NCBI GenBank assembly: GCA_013203315.1
Contig: JABMQJ010000007.1
Location: 1-64,000, forward strand
Source of the DNA: Candidatus Omnitrophota bacterium
GTDB taxonomy: Bacteria; Omnitrophota; Gorgyraeia; JABMRN01; RBG-13-46-9
Length of the DNA stretch: 64,000 nt
Reading direction: 5' to 3'
In this document: piece after piece, positions 9,224 through 19,690 of the stretch
Position numbering within the stretch: position 1 is the first letter of the stretch
How the letters are laid out: each line of letters starts with the position of its first letter
Made by a program: the position numbers and the translations under genes
Notes under the pieces: generated by a model
Seen by the model: the letters and a program-made list of their open reading frames with translations, nothing else
What the model was told of the DNA's origin: nothing
The model's database searches: none

Positions 9224-10292
9224 TCAAGACACCTAAAAGCCGGTCTATGTTGCGAGTGAGTGAACATTTCTCCACGACCGTGGCTCTCCCCTTTTGTCCG
9301 ACTGTTTGCCTTAGTCTTTCGTTTTCTATAAGTTCCGATAAAACGCGTATCCATTCTTCAGTTGTGACAGTGAAAAATCCGTTTTCTCCATTTTTTATCA
9401 TCTCTGCGTTGGTAGGGGTATAAGACACAACCGCAGGTATGCCTACCGCCATATATTGAAGCATTTTACAGCCTAGCTTCCCCCTGGTCCATTCATTGTC
9501 AGGCATCGGCATTATACCTATATCGCACCCTTGTAAATTACGAACCTCGCTATCATAACTCCAATCGACCCTTTCATGTCTTACACCGGGATTTGTGTAC
9601 TTTCCGAGGCCAATAAATTTAAATTTGACAAAGTCATATTTTTCACTGACACGTCTAAGGGCGTCATTAAGCATATAAAGATACGCAGTAGTAGCCGGCG
9701 AACCTATCCAGCCAACTACCACGCTTTTGTCTTTTTCTTTGGGTAGGACAAAAAAGCGTTCTGTGTCTATGGGCCCCGGTATCTTGACGACGCGATTACA
9801 ATATCTGGAAACAAATTCTCTTATATACTCATTTTCCACTATAACGGTTTTGGATACCTTAAGTATATTAATAACCTCACCCTTTTTGACATATTTTTTT
9901 ATTCGCGTGACGAGATCGCGGCCTTCTTTATCAGGTAGATATATCGCGTCGTCTATATCAAATATAATATTCTTATTTAGGATTTTTAATAGGATTTCGA
10001 GTCTGAATGGAAACGTGGTTCTTTGCAAGAAAATCGCATTAAATCTTCTCGCAATAAATATCACGTGTATTAGGCGCAACATTCGCTCGATAGATACGTA
10101 TACATAGTACAAAAGTTTCGTGAGCGGGCCAAAATCCGGTGATTTTATCATAAGTGCTGTTGAAATTCCGGAGATCGCGGAAAAAGAGCGGTATTTTATG
10201 CCGCGTTTTTCCAGCTGCGGTAAGTACTGCGATACCCTATACCGCGTAGCTGGGGCTTTTTCGGTGCCGTAAGATACAAAAAGAATTCTCAT
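9216..10292 (-). CDS. GT4 glycosyltransferase
   Basis: FDIDDAIYL, GWIGSP, DIGIMPM..KLGCKMLQYMAVGIP; start set to ATG 10292, which forms an ATGA overlap with the upstream stop. Confidence 0.85.
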   Translation of the reverse strand: MRILFVSYGTEKAPATRYRVSQYLPQLEKRGIKYRSFSAISGISTALMIKSPDFGPLTKLLYYVYVSIERMLRLIHVIFIARRFNAIFLQRTTFPFRLEILLKILNKNIIFDIDDAIYLPDKEGRDLVTRIKKYVKKGEVINILKVSKTVIVENEYIREFVSRYCNRVVKIPGPIDTERFFVLPKEKDKSVVVGWIGSPATTAYLYMLNDALRRVSEKYDFVKFKFIGLGKYTNPGVRHERVDWSYDSEVRNLQGCDIGIMPMPDNEWTRGKLGCKMLQYMAVGIPAVVSYTPTNAEMIKNGENGFFTVTTEEWIRVLSELIENERLRQTVGQKGRATVVEKCSLTRNIDRLLGVLND

Positions 10293-11413
10293 AATTTTTC
10301 TTCCATAAATTTCTTTACACAGTATTTTACTTTCTGCACTTGTTTTTTTGTCATATCGTAGAAAAGCGGCAAGGAGACTATCTCCTTCCATACCCTCTCT
10401 GTAACCGGTAGTTTTTTGCTGAACTCTTTAAATAACGGCTGGATATGATTTGGGATATAGTTTATGCCTATCGATATGCCTTGTTCCTGCATAAACTGTA
10501 TGAATTTATCCCTGTTTTTCTTAATTCGTATTGTATAATTGAAGGGGGCAATTTCCGAATAATTTTTTCGTAGAATCTCTATTCGCTTTACGTTTTTAAA
10601 GAAATTGTCGTATTCTTTTACTATGCTTTTACGTTTTTTTATAAAACTTCCAAATCTTTTAAGCTGTTCCAGGCCTATGGCTGCATTTATGTTGCTCATA
10701 TGATATCTGTAACCCTCTGTAACAACTTCATAGAACCAACTTCTCTTATTTTTGTACCGCATCCAGGTATCCTTGCTTATGCCCAGAAGTCTTTTTCTTC
10801 TCAAGGTTTCCGCAAGCTTTGCGCTGTTTGTGGTAACGCATCCCCCTTCCCCGCAGGTCAGGTTCTTTATGGGGTCGAAGCTAAAACAAGCTAGCTCCCC
10901 GAAGCTACCTATTTTCCTGCCTTTATGCGAGGCGCCGAAGGCGTGCGCCGCGTCTTCTATTATATGTATTCTTTTCTTTTTCCCTATTTTTAAAATTTCA
11001 TCTATGTCGCAGGGCATACCGCCGTAATGCACCACAAGTATGGCTTTTGTTTTCTTTGTTATACGTTTTTTGGCGTCTTCTACGTCGATATTCAAGGTAT
11101 CCGGCATGATCTCGCAAAATACCGGTTTGGCACCGACATTTATTATCGGCTGGATGGACCCTACGAAGGTAAGCGACGGTACTATCACTTCGTCACCCGG
11201 ACCGACGCCTGCGCTTGAAAGGGCCATATGAATGGCGCTGGTTCCCGTACTTACGGCTATGGCGTGCTTTACGCCAAGATAGGCTTGGATCTTTTTTTCA
11301 AACTCATACACAAAAGACCCCATGCCGAGCCAATGGGTCTTGAAAACTTTTTCTACATTTTTCAGTTCTTTTTTCCCTATATTGGGTCTTGCGAGTGGAA
11401 TCATTCTATTCAC
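10289..11413 (-). CDS. DegT/DnrJ/EryC1/StrS PLP aminotransferase (SpsC/ArnB/PseC-like)
   Basis: GPGDEVIVPSLTF, EDAAHAFG, CFSFDPIKNLTCGEGG. Confidence 0.9.
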   Translation of the reverse strand: MNRMIPLARPNIGKKELKNVEKVFKTHWLGMGSFVYEFEKKIQAYLGVKHAIAVSTGTSAIHMALSSAGVGPGDEVIVPSLTFVGSIQPIINVGAKPVFCEIMPDTLNIDVEDAKKRITKKTKAILVVHYGGMPCDIDEILKIGKKKRIHIIEDAAHAFGASHKGRKIGSFGELACFSFDPIKNLTCGEGGCVTTNSAKLAETLRRKRLLGISKDTWMRYKNKRSWFYEVVTEGYRYHMSNINAAIGLEQLKRFGSFIKKRKSIVKEYDNFFKNVKRIEILRKNYSEIAPFNYTIRIKKNRDKFIQFMQEQGISIGINYIPNHIQPLFKEFSKKLPVTERVWKEIVSLPLFYDMTKKQVQKVKYCVKKFMEEKL

Positions 11414-12299
11414 CTCTTTCCGCTATACAAAAAATCAAATGGCCATTGCCTGTCATGCCCCCGAGCAGCACAATAGCTTTCCGTATAAGATTTACTACCT
11501 TATTCACTAAACCCTTTCCTATAATCTTTCCGCCGCCGCATATTCCCATTATCTTGACGTTCGACACCTTAAAACCGGCCTCGTTTAATGCTCTCGAAAG
11601 AGACTTTTTATTAAATCCGTAAATCTGAAAAGTCGGAAAAAGCGGCGAAAGATGGGTAGTAATCTGTTCCCCGGAAACCAGGGTTTTAAAAAAATCTCCC
11701 ATTTTAAAAACCAGGGCATCCTCATTGGTAATCTCAATAAAAAGAATGCCGGTTTTTTTAAGCAATGACTTTGCCTTTTTCAACATCCCTAAAGGGTCCT
11801 GCACATATTGTAAAACGGAATTAAGGCATATGACGTCGAAACTTTTTTCCTGGAGTGCCAAATTATTCACATCCCCCAGAAGCAAATCTATGTTAAATGC
11901 TTCTTTTGCATATTGCGTAAGTTTCTTCGACACCTCGATGCCTGTTGCCTGCCAGCCTTGCTTACCTGCAACATAAACAAGCTCCCCTACTCCGCACCCG
12001 ATATCCAGCAAATTACCTTTTTGGGGCTTACTTTTTTCTATCATACGTATTCTCTTTTTATTTTTTCTTATTTGCCCCTGGAGCGCTTCGCGGGAAAGAC
12101 TAATTATTTCAGGATTAAAATTAAGTCTATCGCTACTTTGTGTTGAGCGCGGCATTGGGTTAGGATAAAGAAGACCGCAAGAAGAACACCGGGCTATAGT
12201 TGTATCAAGCTCCGGATTTCCCTCGGGGCTTTTCCTTTTGCCCAACGATTCTGTCGCCTCAGAGCCACATATATTGCATTTCACATATTCAAAATTCAT
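11406..12299 (-). CDS. Class I SAM-dependent methyltransferase with Zn ribbon
   Basis: CNIC/CSSC pairs, LLDIGCGVG, FDVICLNSVLQYV; ATG 12299 follows GAGAGG (ORF extends to 12314). Confidence 0.85.
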   Translation of the reverse strand: MNFEYVKCNICGSEATESLGKRKSPEGNPELDTTIARCSSCGLLYPNPMPRSTQSSDRLNFNPEIISLSREALQGQIRKNKKRIRMIEKSKPQKGNLLDIGCGVGELVYVAGKQGWQATGIEVSKKLTQYAKEAFNIDLLLGDVNNLALQEKSFDVICLNSVLQYVQDPLGMLKKAKSLLKKTGILFIEITNEDALVFKMGDFFKTLVSGEQITTHLSPLFPTFQIYGFNKKSLSRALNEAGFKVSNVKIMGICGGGKIIGKGLVNKVVNLIRKAIVLLGGMTGNGHLIFCIAERGE

Positions 12300-12310
12300 A
12301 TCTTGGCCTC

Positions 12311-13522
12311 TCAAGAGGAAAGACTCTTGTATATACCCTCGTATTTGTCAACGGCTGCGTTAAGTGATAAATATTTTTCTGCTGCCTGTCTACAACGCGC
12401 AGGAAGCCCTGTGTCTTTAAGCAAGTTTTTCAATTCTAAGATCGCATTTTTATAAGATTCCTTGTCGAAACTGTTTATTACAACGCCTACTTTATCATTG
12501 CGCACAATTTCTTCCGTATCTCCTATTCCGCTGTTTATTACAACGGGCAAGCCGCATGCCAAATATTCGCCGAATTTCACCGGTGAAGACGATAGCTTTG
12601 AAAAAACCGGTTTAATAAAGAACATTCCCAGGTTAGAGCTTGAAAGATAATCAGGTATAATATCGTAAGAAACAGAATCAATTGTAAACTGTTGTGCGCC
12701 AAGGCCTTTCTTGTCAGCCATATTCTTTGCATAGTCCCTATCTTTCCCGATTAGAAGTAAAAGATGCGCATTATCGATACATTGCCTGGCGGCTTTAAAA
12801 AAATCTATCATCTCTTCCAACATGTACCAAGTACCCACGGAACCAATATACGTAATAATAAATTTGTTTTTAAAAGCAGGTGCCTGGGATAAGCGAATAC
12901 TTTCGTTCCTTTTTGGCTTAAACTTTTCTGTGTCAGCAGCGCAAGGAATAACGGAAAACTTTATGCCAGATTCATGGTATTTATTTTTTAGGATTTCAAA
13001 AAATTTCTCTGTTAGAACAATTACATGGTCCGAGGACCTGGTTAAAACCCCTTCTAAGAAGCTGACTATTTTGTGTTTGACTCCGTTTCTTTTCCACAAA
13101 CCTGCATCTACATATTCTTCGGAATCTATTCCCCTTGTATCGAATATAAATTTCCGCGATAGCAGCCTTGCAACCGGATAGCCTATTAAAGCCGCAACCA
13201 CTGCCCTTGCGTGAACGATGTTAATTCCGTTCCGACTAATAATGTAGAGGCTGTAAAAAAACCCACAAATCACATCGAACGCAGTCGCGGGAATTGTAGG
13301 TTTTTTGTGGTATTTCAAACTGAACCATTCAATGCCGGGTATTTTGTAAATATTTTTTTCTTTTATAGCCTTTTTTTCGAATGTTAGAAGATAGAATTTA
13401 ATGCCTCTTTTCGAAAGTTCCCTTAAGTATGGAATAACTTGCGATTGAACTATTGGCTCGGATATTCCGTTGTAGGATATATAAAGCGCTTTTACTATTT
13501 TATCCGGCATCTTTTCCGCCAT
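12311..13522 (-). CDS. GT4 glycosyltransferase
   Basis: IVHARA, FDTRG, YIGSVGTWY, SSPVKFGEYLACGLPVV. Confidence 0.85.
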   Translation of the reverse strand: MAEKMPDKIVKALYISYNGISEPIVQSQVIPYLRELSKRGIKFYLLTFEKKAIKEKNIYKIPGIEWFSLKYHKKPTIPATAFDVICGFFYSLYIISRNGINIVHARAVVAALIGYPVARLLSRKFIFDTRGIDSEEYVDAGLWKRNGVKHKIVSFLEGVLTRSSDHVIVLTEKFFEILKNKYHESGIKFSVIPCAADTEKFKPKRNESIRLSQAPAFKNKFIITYIGSVGTWYMLEEMIDFFKAARQCIDNAHLLLLIGKDRDYAKNMADKKGLGAQQFTIDSVSYDIIPDYLSSSNLGMFFIKPVFSKLSSSPVKFGEYLACGLPVVINSGIGDTEEIVRNDKVGVVINSFDKESYKNAILELKNLLKDTGLPARCRQAAEKYLSLNAAVDKYEGIYKSLSS

Positions 13523-14825
13523 CCACTTTACGCAACATCCTGTCGATTCCCAATCCGATGAAAATAAAACCTATGTAATAAATAATGCACTTCTGCCGAA
13601 TCAAAGTCCCCATATTAGCCTGCGTCAATCCCAGAATGCTTAACCAGCATAGAAATGTAAATAGCGGTATAAATGTCTTTTTAAATTCTGCCTTTATCGA
13701 AATCCACATACCGCTTACAAGGAAAGGAAGAAGACACCACCATATGATTGATTCGATATTTGCCGCTATATGCAATGTGCTGGCCGGCAGCGCTAAAAAA
13801 GGTAAAAGTAAGGCGGCTAAAAAACCTAATGGGAAATAAAGTATTGTTGTAGCATGTGTCGATGTGGATAACGTCCAGAGATACCCTGTATTGGTAAAAG
13901 AGCTGGAATATCTAACCTGGGAAAGCATTGCGGGAATTTGCTCCAGCTGTACATACAGATTAGATAAAAATGGTCCTTTAAATACCTGTAGCAAAATAAG
14001 CGCTATCAGGGAAACTAATATAACAAAATTTTTATATCGCCATTTCCACAATGCGACAAAATAAAAAATTATCGCTGGAAAGATTATGGCAAGAAACCTT
14101 TTCGTGAAATATACGACAAGAAGCGAAAGCAGTAAAAAAAGCACGTTTCTTAGATTCGGGCTTTTGCGTATTTTCATGCATAAATAAAACGCGAGAATAA
14201 GCGCTAATACAAGCATTGGTTCCTTAAAATTGAAAAGTGACCAAAAAAATGTAGACGGCCAGAGCAAAAACAGAGAAAGAACGAGAGTCGTAACTTCATT
14301 TCTTATATTTAGATCCTTACAGAGGAAATACACTGGTATAATAATGACGGCATAAAAAAAGCAATTTAATATAAGAAGTATCTGCCCACCGCATGTGCCG
14401 AACAAATAAAAAATAAAAGCACTATATAACTGATAGCGTTGTACATCTTCACGGGCGCCGCCGATAAGGTTAAAATAAGAAAGCTTTTTAATTGGGAAAA
14501 ATTTCCCTTCTCGCCATAAGTCTCCTACTATCGTACCAAAATCCCCGTATGTATAGTCGTCACCTTTGTAAGAAAATCCGTAAAATTTTGTATCCACTGT
14601 TTCGTTGTATAAAAAAAGACTTATCAAAACGTGTAAGAGAAAAGCCAACAAAAATAACGTTAAAATTTTTGTCCGCATGTTCTTTTCGACTTTGCGCGTA
14701 ATAAAATAGATACCCGCCAAGGCAAGTCCGACAACGGCTATAAGCTGCGGCATTCTATCCATGCCTAGTAGCGCAATCACAAACGCAAACGCGGTAATTA
14801 AAATATATTTTAGCGGTCTTCGCAT
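13500..14825 (-). CDS. Polytopic membrane protein, Wzy polymerase/GT-C-like
   Basis: About 11 TM segments, GDDYTY loop, FKEP, late NMGTLIRQK motif; next to GT4 genes. Confidence 0.5.
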   Translation of the reverse strand: MRRPLKYILITAFAFVIALLGMDRMPQLIAVVGLALAGIYFITRKVEKNMRTKILTLFLLAFLLHVLISLFLYNETVDTKFYGFSYKGDDYTYGDFGTIVGDLWREGKFFPIKKLSYFNLIGGAREDVQRYQLYSAFIFYLFGTCGGQILLILNCFFYAVIIIPVYFLCKDLNIRNEVTTLVLSLFLLWPSTFFWSLFNFKEPMLVLALILAFYLCMKIRKSPNLRNVLFLLLSLLVVYFTKRFLAIIFPAIIFYFVALWKWRYKNFVILVSLIALILLQVFKGPFLSNLYVQLEQIPAMLSQVRYSSSFTNTGYLWTLSTSTHATTILYFPLGFLAALLLPFLALPASTLHIAANIESIIWWCLLPFLVSGMWISIKAEFKKTFIPLFTFLCWLSILGLTQANMGTLIRQKCIIYYIGFIFIGLGIDRMLRKVDGGKDAG

Positions 14826-14831
14826 AACTTG

Positions 14832-16820
14832 TTATGCCTTTTTTACACTTGCTCCCACGACAACAATTATAAGACTAAAAAGCGAAATCCCCACCCATAA
14901 AGGGTTAAAATAGTCAAAGTACAGATCCAGCCTATACAAGCCTTTCTCCGGCAGCGAAAGCTTCATGAGATTATACTCGTCCCACATGATGCGCGCCGGC
15001 TCTCCGTTCAAGCGTGCACGCCAGAGCGGGTGGCGGGCGATTTTAACAAAAGCGACATTTCTTGGCGAATCATTTCGTATATCGGCCTTTACACGCTGGT
15101 TCTCCAAAGATAACTTTTCATAAGCAGCTTCTTTTTCAAAGCTTATCCATTTGCCCCGAAAATCTTTTAAACGGAATATGCTGAAAATACCAAAATCCGC
15201 CTGATCAGAAAAGAATCCGGATTTGGCCAGTTTATTCTTTAAGTCCGGCTCCACGGTTACGATGTGGCTTGCGTTAAACCGATCCATTGTACTTTTGATC
15301 CGGGAATTTTCAATTTCTTTTACCGGCACACCGAATATCCTTCCCTGGTCATTACGCATGTACTTCTCCTGAGGAAAGGATGAAGCGGAGCGCGAAACGC
15401 CTATTTGCGGAATCCGTGTAAAAACGCCCGACAGGGCAAATGCGTCGCTTCTTTTTAAAATGGGGTCATCCACATTGCCAATCGTGTTTTGATATACAAT
15501 TCTGGACCGGCCGAGGGGTATATTCTCGTTAACCCAATCCCAAACCTTGTAAATGTCCGACATCTGGGGTGATTCCTCCAATGTCCGGGAAGCATCACGC
15601 GCAATATAATTGTAATGCGAGGCCGCGGAAAACATTAACAAAATTACGCATATAGCCGCCAGAATACCCCTTCTTCCGAAACGCTTGAACAATCTACCGG
15701 CGCCATAAGCCGCAAATACATACATACACAATTGTATGTACACGAAGAATCTGCTCATCTGTAGAGTTGGAACCAGAGGTATCTTGTGCCACCAATCAAA
15801 ACCCGTAAAAAGATCTATAAAAAACGGGAAACATATTACCACGAACCAAAAGATACGCCATAAAGAACGCTTTGTATTTGGATTTTTTTCGCTTTTGAAA
15901 AATAGGAATGCACCCAAAAGGCTAAAGAAAATTCTTGCCATAACAGGCAAGTTTATTGCAAGCGTTGAGGCGCCGGTTACCGTTGTAAGCGGGCCAAAGA
16001 AGGATTTCGCGCCCCACCGGATGCCCTCTTCGAGGGGCGTTGCGCCACCCAATTTCTCAAAGTAATTCCCTCCGATAAAAAAACCTGCCAGATAGTAAAA
16101 AGAAATCATGACGGCTGACAAGGGTATTATATATGAACAGATTAAAGATTCCGTAAAACGAATTTTTCCTCTGTACGCATTTAGCACATAGGGAATCAAA
16201 TATATAAAAAGAATGATTCCTGTGATTATCGCCGCGTAGATATGGACCAATATGATTGAAGCAAAAATAAGCCCCAAAAGAAAGGCCTTCTTTAACGTCA
16301 TGGCCTTAATGTTTTTGTCCAGTAGGTGCAAAAATATGAAGAAAAGTCCGATTGCCAGAAAATTATTCCACATGCCGACAAGAATTTTGTCGTAATAAAT
16401 ATCGCTTTGCAGCATAAGGCAGGCGGTAATAAGCATTGAGGGCATTTTGCCGAAACGAAACGAGGTAAATTTATAAAATCCGGCGCCCATAAATACATAG
16501 CTAAACAGGACCATTAGTTTATAAGAAAAATTAAGCGGGAGGAAAAATACCTTGTTTAAAACGACCATTACTAGCGACGTTAACTGGTTATAATCAATAA
16601 AAATAGGCATGCCGGCCATCCCCTGCATGCTCCAACCGCTTATCCAGTGGTATTTGGGAATGAGTGTATTAGCTAAATAGTAGAGATCGTAATAATGGAA
16701 AGAGTTGTCATATCCTGACATAAGGCCGGGAGCAAATATGCCCCTAAACATGAAAAGCCCGAGGGCTGCGATCAGTACATAATAGATATAATATTTTGTA
16801 TATTTTACCAAGATAGCCAT
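14832..16820 (-). CDS. YfhO-like GT-C membrane glycosyltransferase
   Basis: GYDNSFHY early loop, W....MAGMPIF.DY, about 11 TM, large extracytoplasmic domain ending HPLWRARLNG and a terminal TM. Confidence 0.6.
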   Translation of the reverse strand: MAILVKYTKYYIYYVLIAALGLFMFRGIFAPGLMSGYDNSFHYYDLYYLANTLIPKYHWISGWSMQGMAGMPIFIDYNQLTSLVMVVLNKVFFLPLNFSYKLMVLFSYVFMGAGFYKFTSFRFGKMPSMLITACLMLQSDIYYDKILVGMWNNFLAIGLFFIFLHLLDKNIKAMTLKKAFLLGLIFASIILVHIYAAIITGIILFIYLIPYVLNAYRGKIRFTESLICSYIIPLSAVMISFYYLAGFFIGGNYFEKLGGATPLEEGIRWGAKSFFGPLTTVTGASTLAINLPVMARIFFSLLGAFLFFKSEKNPNTKRSLWRIFWFVVICFPFFIDLFTGFDWWHKIPLVPTLQMSRFFVYIQLCMYVFAAYGAGRLFKRFGRRGILAAICVILLMFSAASHYNYIARDASRTLEESPQMSDIYKVWDWVNENIPLGRSRIVYQNTIGNVDDPILKRSDAFALSGVFTRIPQIGVSRSASSFPQEKYMRNDQGRIFGVPVKEIENSRIKSTMDRFNASHIVTVEPDLKNKLAKSGFFSDQADFGIFSIFRLKDFRGKWISFEKEAAYEKLSLENQRVKADIRNDSPRNVAFVKIARHPLWRARLNGEPARIMWDEYNLMKLSLPEKGLYRLDLYFDYFNPLWVGISLFSLIIVVVGASVKKA

Positions 16821-16936
16821 GCGTATTGTTCTCCTGAAACGGCTTGATTCGCACTCAACAGTTTCTCATATTCTTAGGCCAGCGTCAATTCATTTTTTGC
16901 AGATAGGGACGGTTCTGGCCTCGAACGTGAAATACG

Positions 16937-16965
16937 TTGAAATAAGCGCGAAGATGATATAAAAT
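16937..16965 (+). promoter_or_regulatory. Sigma70-type promoter for the plus-strand island
   Basis: TTGAAA-N17-TAAAAT, 27 bp before ATG 16993. Confidence 0.55.
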
Positions 16966-16992
16966 ACATAACCGTAATAAGGTGCTAAAAAA

Positions 16993-17375
16993 ATGGATAA
17001 CAAGATTAAACACGTTTTATTTACCGTATTTTTGGCTTTACGACTACTTGAGTTCTCTTTCCGCATAATATATTCAATCAGGTACCGCAATTTTGACTAT
17101 ATAACTTATGGCTTTTTAAATATCGGGAGATTTAACCTCGACTACTTCAATGGTTATGCGAAATTAAGAACCCCATCAAGACCGGAAGACAAGCTTAACC
17201 ACGGACTAAAAGATTCCGAATATAAAGTCATCAATGCTGGGGTATCAAGTCAGACCCTCTATGGAGAGGTAAATTGGGCCTGATATTACGCGACAAGATT
17301 GTTCACATGACAGATTACGGAAAGGCGTTACTTGCAGAAATTATCGCGGAACAAATTATCGAATTACGGAAATAG
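16993..17375 (+). pseudogene. Internally deleted SGNH/GDSL hydrolase remnant
   Basis: N-terminal TM (LLEFSFR), block II VINAGVSS, stop at 17283, then in another frame block V DKIVHMTDYGKALLAEIIAEQI to stop 17375; GDS block absent. Confidence 0.65.
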
Positions 17376-17380
17376 TTAAA

Positions 17381-18934
17381 ATGGCCAACATTAGTTTTAT
17401 TACACTTTATGACAAGGGATGCATGGGCACAAGATATCTATCCTCCTTGCTAAAAGCGGAGGGGCACGCAACATCTATAGTATACTTAGGAAGGCATGAG
17501 GGAAAAATCAAAAAGGGTAACGATGCCTTAAATTCCGACGAGGATCTGTGGATAAGTGTTAATGAGTACGGGAAAGACTTGGTTCGTAGCTATTCTGACC
17601 CAATCAGCGAAAACGATATAGATATTTTACTGGATCTCCTGGCTAAAATAAAACCTGATGCGCTGGGCTTTTCCCTGCGATCCATGTTTTTAAACACAGC
17701 CACACAACTAGTAAATCGGATTCGGGAAAAGTTTGATTTCCCTATTATTTTCGGCGGAATAGCCGCGACATGCGATCCCGAAAAATGTATTCGTGAGGCA
17801 GACATAGTCTGCTTAGGCGATGGCGAACAGGCCATGTTAGAGATAGCCCGACGGATAGACAAGAAAGCCCCCTTAAACGACGTAAATAATCTCTGGGTGC
17901 GTTCTAACGATAATATTTATAAAAATGGGTTATACCCGCTTGAACAAAATCTGGATAAATTCCCCTTTCCGGACTACGACTCTTTAAATAAATTCTCGAT
18001 TCACAATGGCGCGCTTATTGAAAACGATCCTGCCATCGGCAACATGAGTAAATATACCTACGAAATCGTAACATCACGCGGGTGCCCTTTTTCATGCACC
18101 TACTGCTGTAATGACGTGCTTAAAAATACTTATGAGGGGCAGAAATACCTTCGTCGGAGATCCGTAGAAAATGTTATCGACGAATTGAAAATCGCAAAAG
18201 AAAAGCACGGCATAAAATCCGTCCTATTCAAGGATGAAGTCTTCACGTTTGATTTGAATTGGATTAAAAATTTTTCTGAAGCTTACAAAAAGGAAATTGC
18301 CCTCCCCTTCTGGTGTTATACGTATCCGGCGTTTGCTGATAGTCAAATTCTTAATTTGCTAAAAGATTCCGGCATGTTTAATGTAACGATGGGCATTCAG
18401 TCCGGCAGCGAAAGCATCCTTTACAATACTTTTAATCGAAGGACCTCGATAGAGAAAATTATTTCTGCCGCGGATACCCTGATACGTTTAAAATTGCCTA
18501 TAAGGCCCCGTTATGATATCATAACCAATAATCCGTTTGAAACCGAGAACGATCGCCAGGCTACCCTTGAATTATTGATGCGCCTTGATAAGCCCGTAGA
18601 TTTTGGATTAACCAAACTTTCCTTTATACCGGGATCCAAGATCGTCCGGATGCGGGAGGAAAAACACATAACCGGAGTAGTCGACGAAGATCTTTATAAG
18701 TTTTGGAATACTTTATATTTATTGAATCAATATAGTTTTTTCCCTAACCGTTTCATTAGGGCTTTGAGTAGAAGTAAGTTTTTCCGGGACAAACCGCAAT
18801 TTTTGCAGTTGTTGCTTGTGCCTAAATTCGCAGAAACCAAATTTCAGGGTTTTTTGGATTCATTGAAGGGATGTATACCCGGAAATGCTATCTTATTTTT
18901 GAAGAAAATCCGTTATATTGTAAAAAGATACTAA
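17381..18934 (+). CDS. B12-binding radical SAM protein
   Basis: N-terminal cobalamin-binding-like fold (FGGIAAT, GDGE), SRGCPFSCTYC, GIQSGS. Confidence 0.85.
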   Translation: MANISFITLYDKGCMGTRYLSSLLKAEGHATSIVYLGRHEGKIKKGNDALNSDEDLWISVNEYGKDLVRSYSDPISENDIDILLDLLAKIKPDALGFSLRSMFLNTATQLVNRIREKFDFPIIFGGIAATCDPEKCIREADIVCLGDGEQAMLEIARRIDKKAPLNDVNNLWVRSNDNIYKNGLYPLEQNLDKFPFPDYDSLNKFSIHNGALIENDPAIGNMSKYTYEIVTSRGCPFSCTYCCNDVLKNTYEGQKYLRRRSVENVIDELKIAKEKHGIKSVLFKDEVFTFDLNWIKNFSEAYKKEIALPFWCYTYPAFADSQILNLLKDSGMFNVTMGIQSGSESILYNTFNRRTSIEKIISAADTLIRLKLPIRPRYDIITNNPFETENDRQATLELLMRLDKPVDFGLTKLSFIPGSKIVRMREEKHITGVVDEDLYKFWNTLYLLNQYSFFPNRFIRALSRSKFFRDKPQFLQLLLVPKFAETKFQGFLDSLKGCIPGNAILFLKKIRYIVKRY

Positions 18935-18961
18935 TCGCAGTACAGAGAGAAGGGTTAAATA

Positions 18962-19690
18962 ATGCTTTGGCTAATGTTTGCGGCCTATAACGAAAGAGAG
19001 AATCTTGCCAACCTGCTGCCCGGGCTATCAAACTTCCTGGAAGGCAAGATTAAAGACTATAAAATATTAATCGTCGATGACGGCAGTACCGACTCGACAA
19101 AAAATATCGCCGATTCTTTGGATAAGCCCCTCCCCATCGAAATAATTTCGCATGAAAAAAATAAGGGAGTCGGTGAAGTATTTAAAACCGGCTTCTCTGC
19201 GATAAGCCGTCTCGCCGGGCAAGATGATCTCGTAGTCGTCCTGGAGGCAGATGGAACCAGTGACTACACGTTAATACCTGAATTGGTCAGGAAACTCGAA
19301 GGCGGCATGGATATAGTCATCGCTTCTCGCTATATAAAAGGTGGTGCCTATAGGAATTTTCCGCTAAAAAGGCATTTAATAAGCCATATCGGCAATGTTA
19401 TTTTAAGCATGGCATTCAGGAATAAACGCATAAAAGACTACACTATATTTTTTAGAGGCTACCGGGTCGAGCTCCTGAAGAAGGCCCTGTCGCAGTATAA
19501 GGACGGGTTTATTACATCAAATACGTTTCTTGCCAATACGGAAGCGCTTATAAACCTTACGAAACTTACCGATAAGATAGATGAGGTCCCGTTCGTATAT
19601 TCCTATGAGGTAAAAATCGGTAAGAGTAAAATGCCTCTTCTAAAGACGCTTTTTGATTATATCAAATTCCTGCTTACTAAACGCGCTTGA
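18962..19690 (+). CDS. GT2, DPM1-like polyprenyl-phosphate glycosyltransferase
   Basis: AYNERENL, VDDGSTD, NKGVG, EADGT, IASRYIKGG, GKSKM. Confidence 0.85.
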   Translation: MLWLMFAAYNERENLANLLPGLSNFLEGKIKDYKILIVDDGSTDSTKNIADSLDKPLPIEIISHEKNKGVGEVFKTGFSAISRLAGQDDLVVVLEADGTSDYTLIPELVRKLEGGMDIVIASRYIKGGAYRNFPLKRHLISHIGNVILSMAFRNKRIKDYTIFFRGYRVELLKKALSQYKDGFITSNTFLANTEALINLTKLTDKIDEVPFVYSYEVKIGKSKMPLLKTLFDYIKFLLTKRA

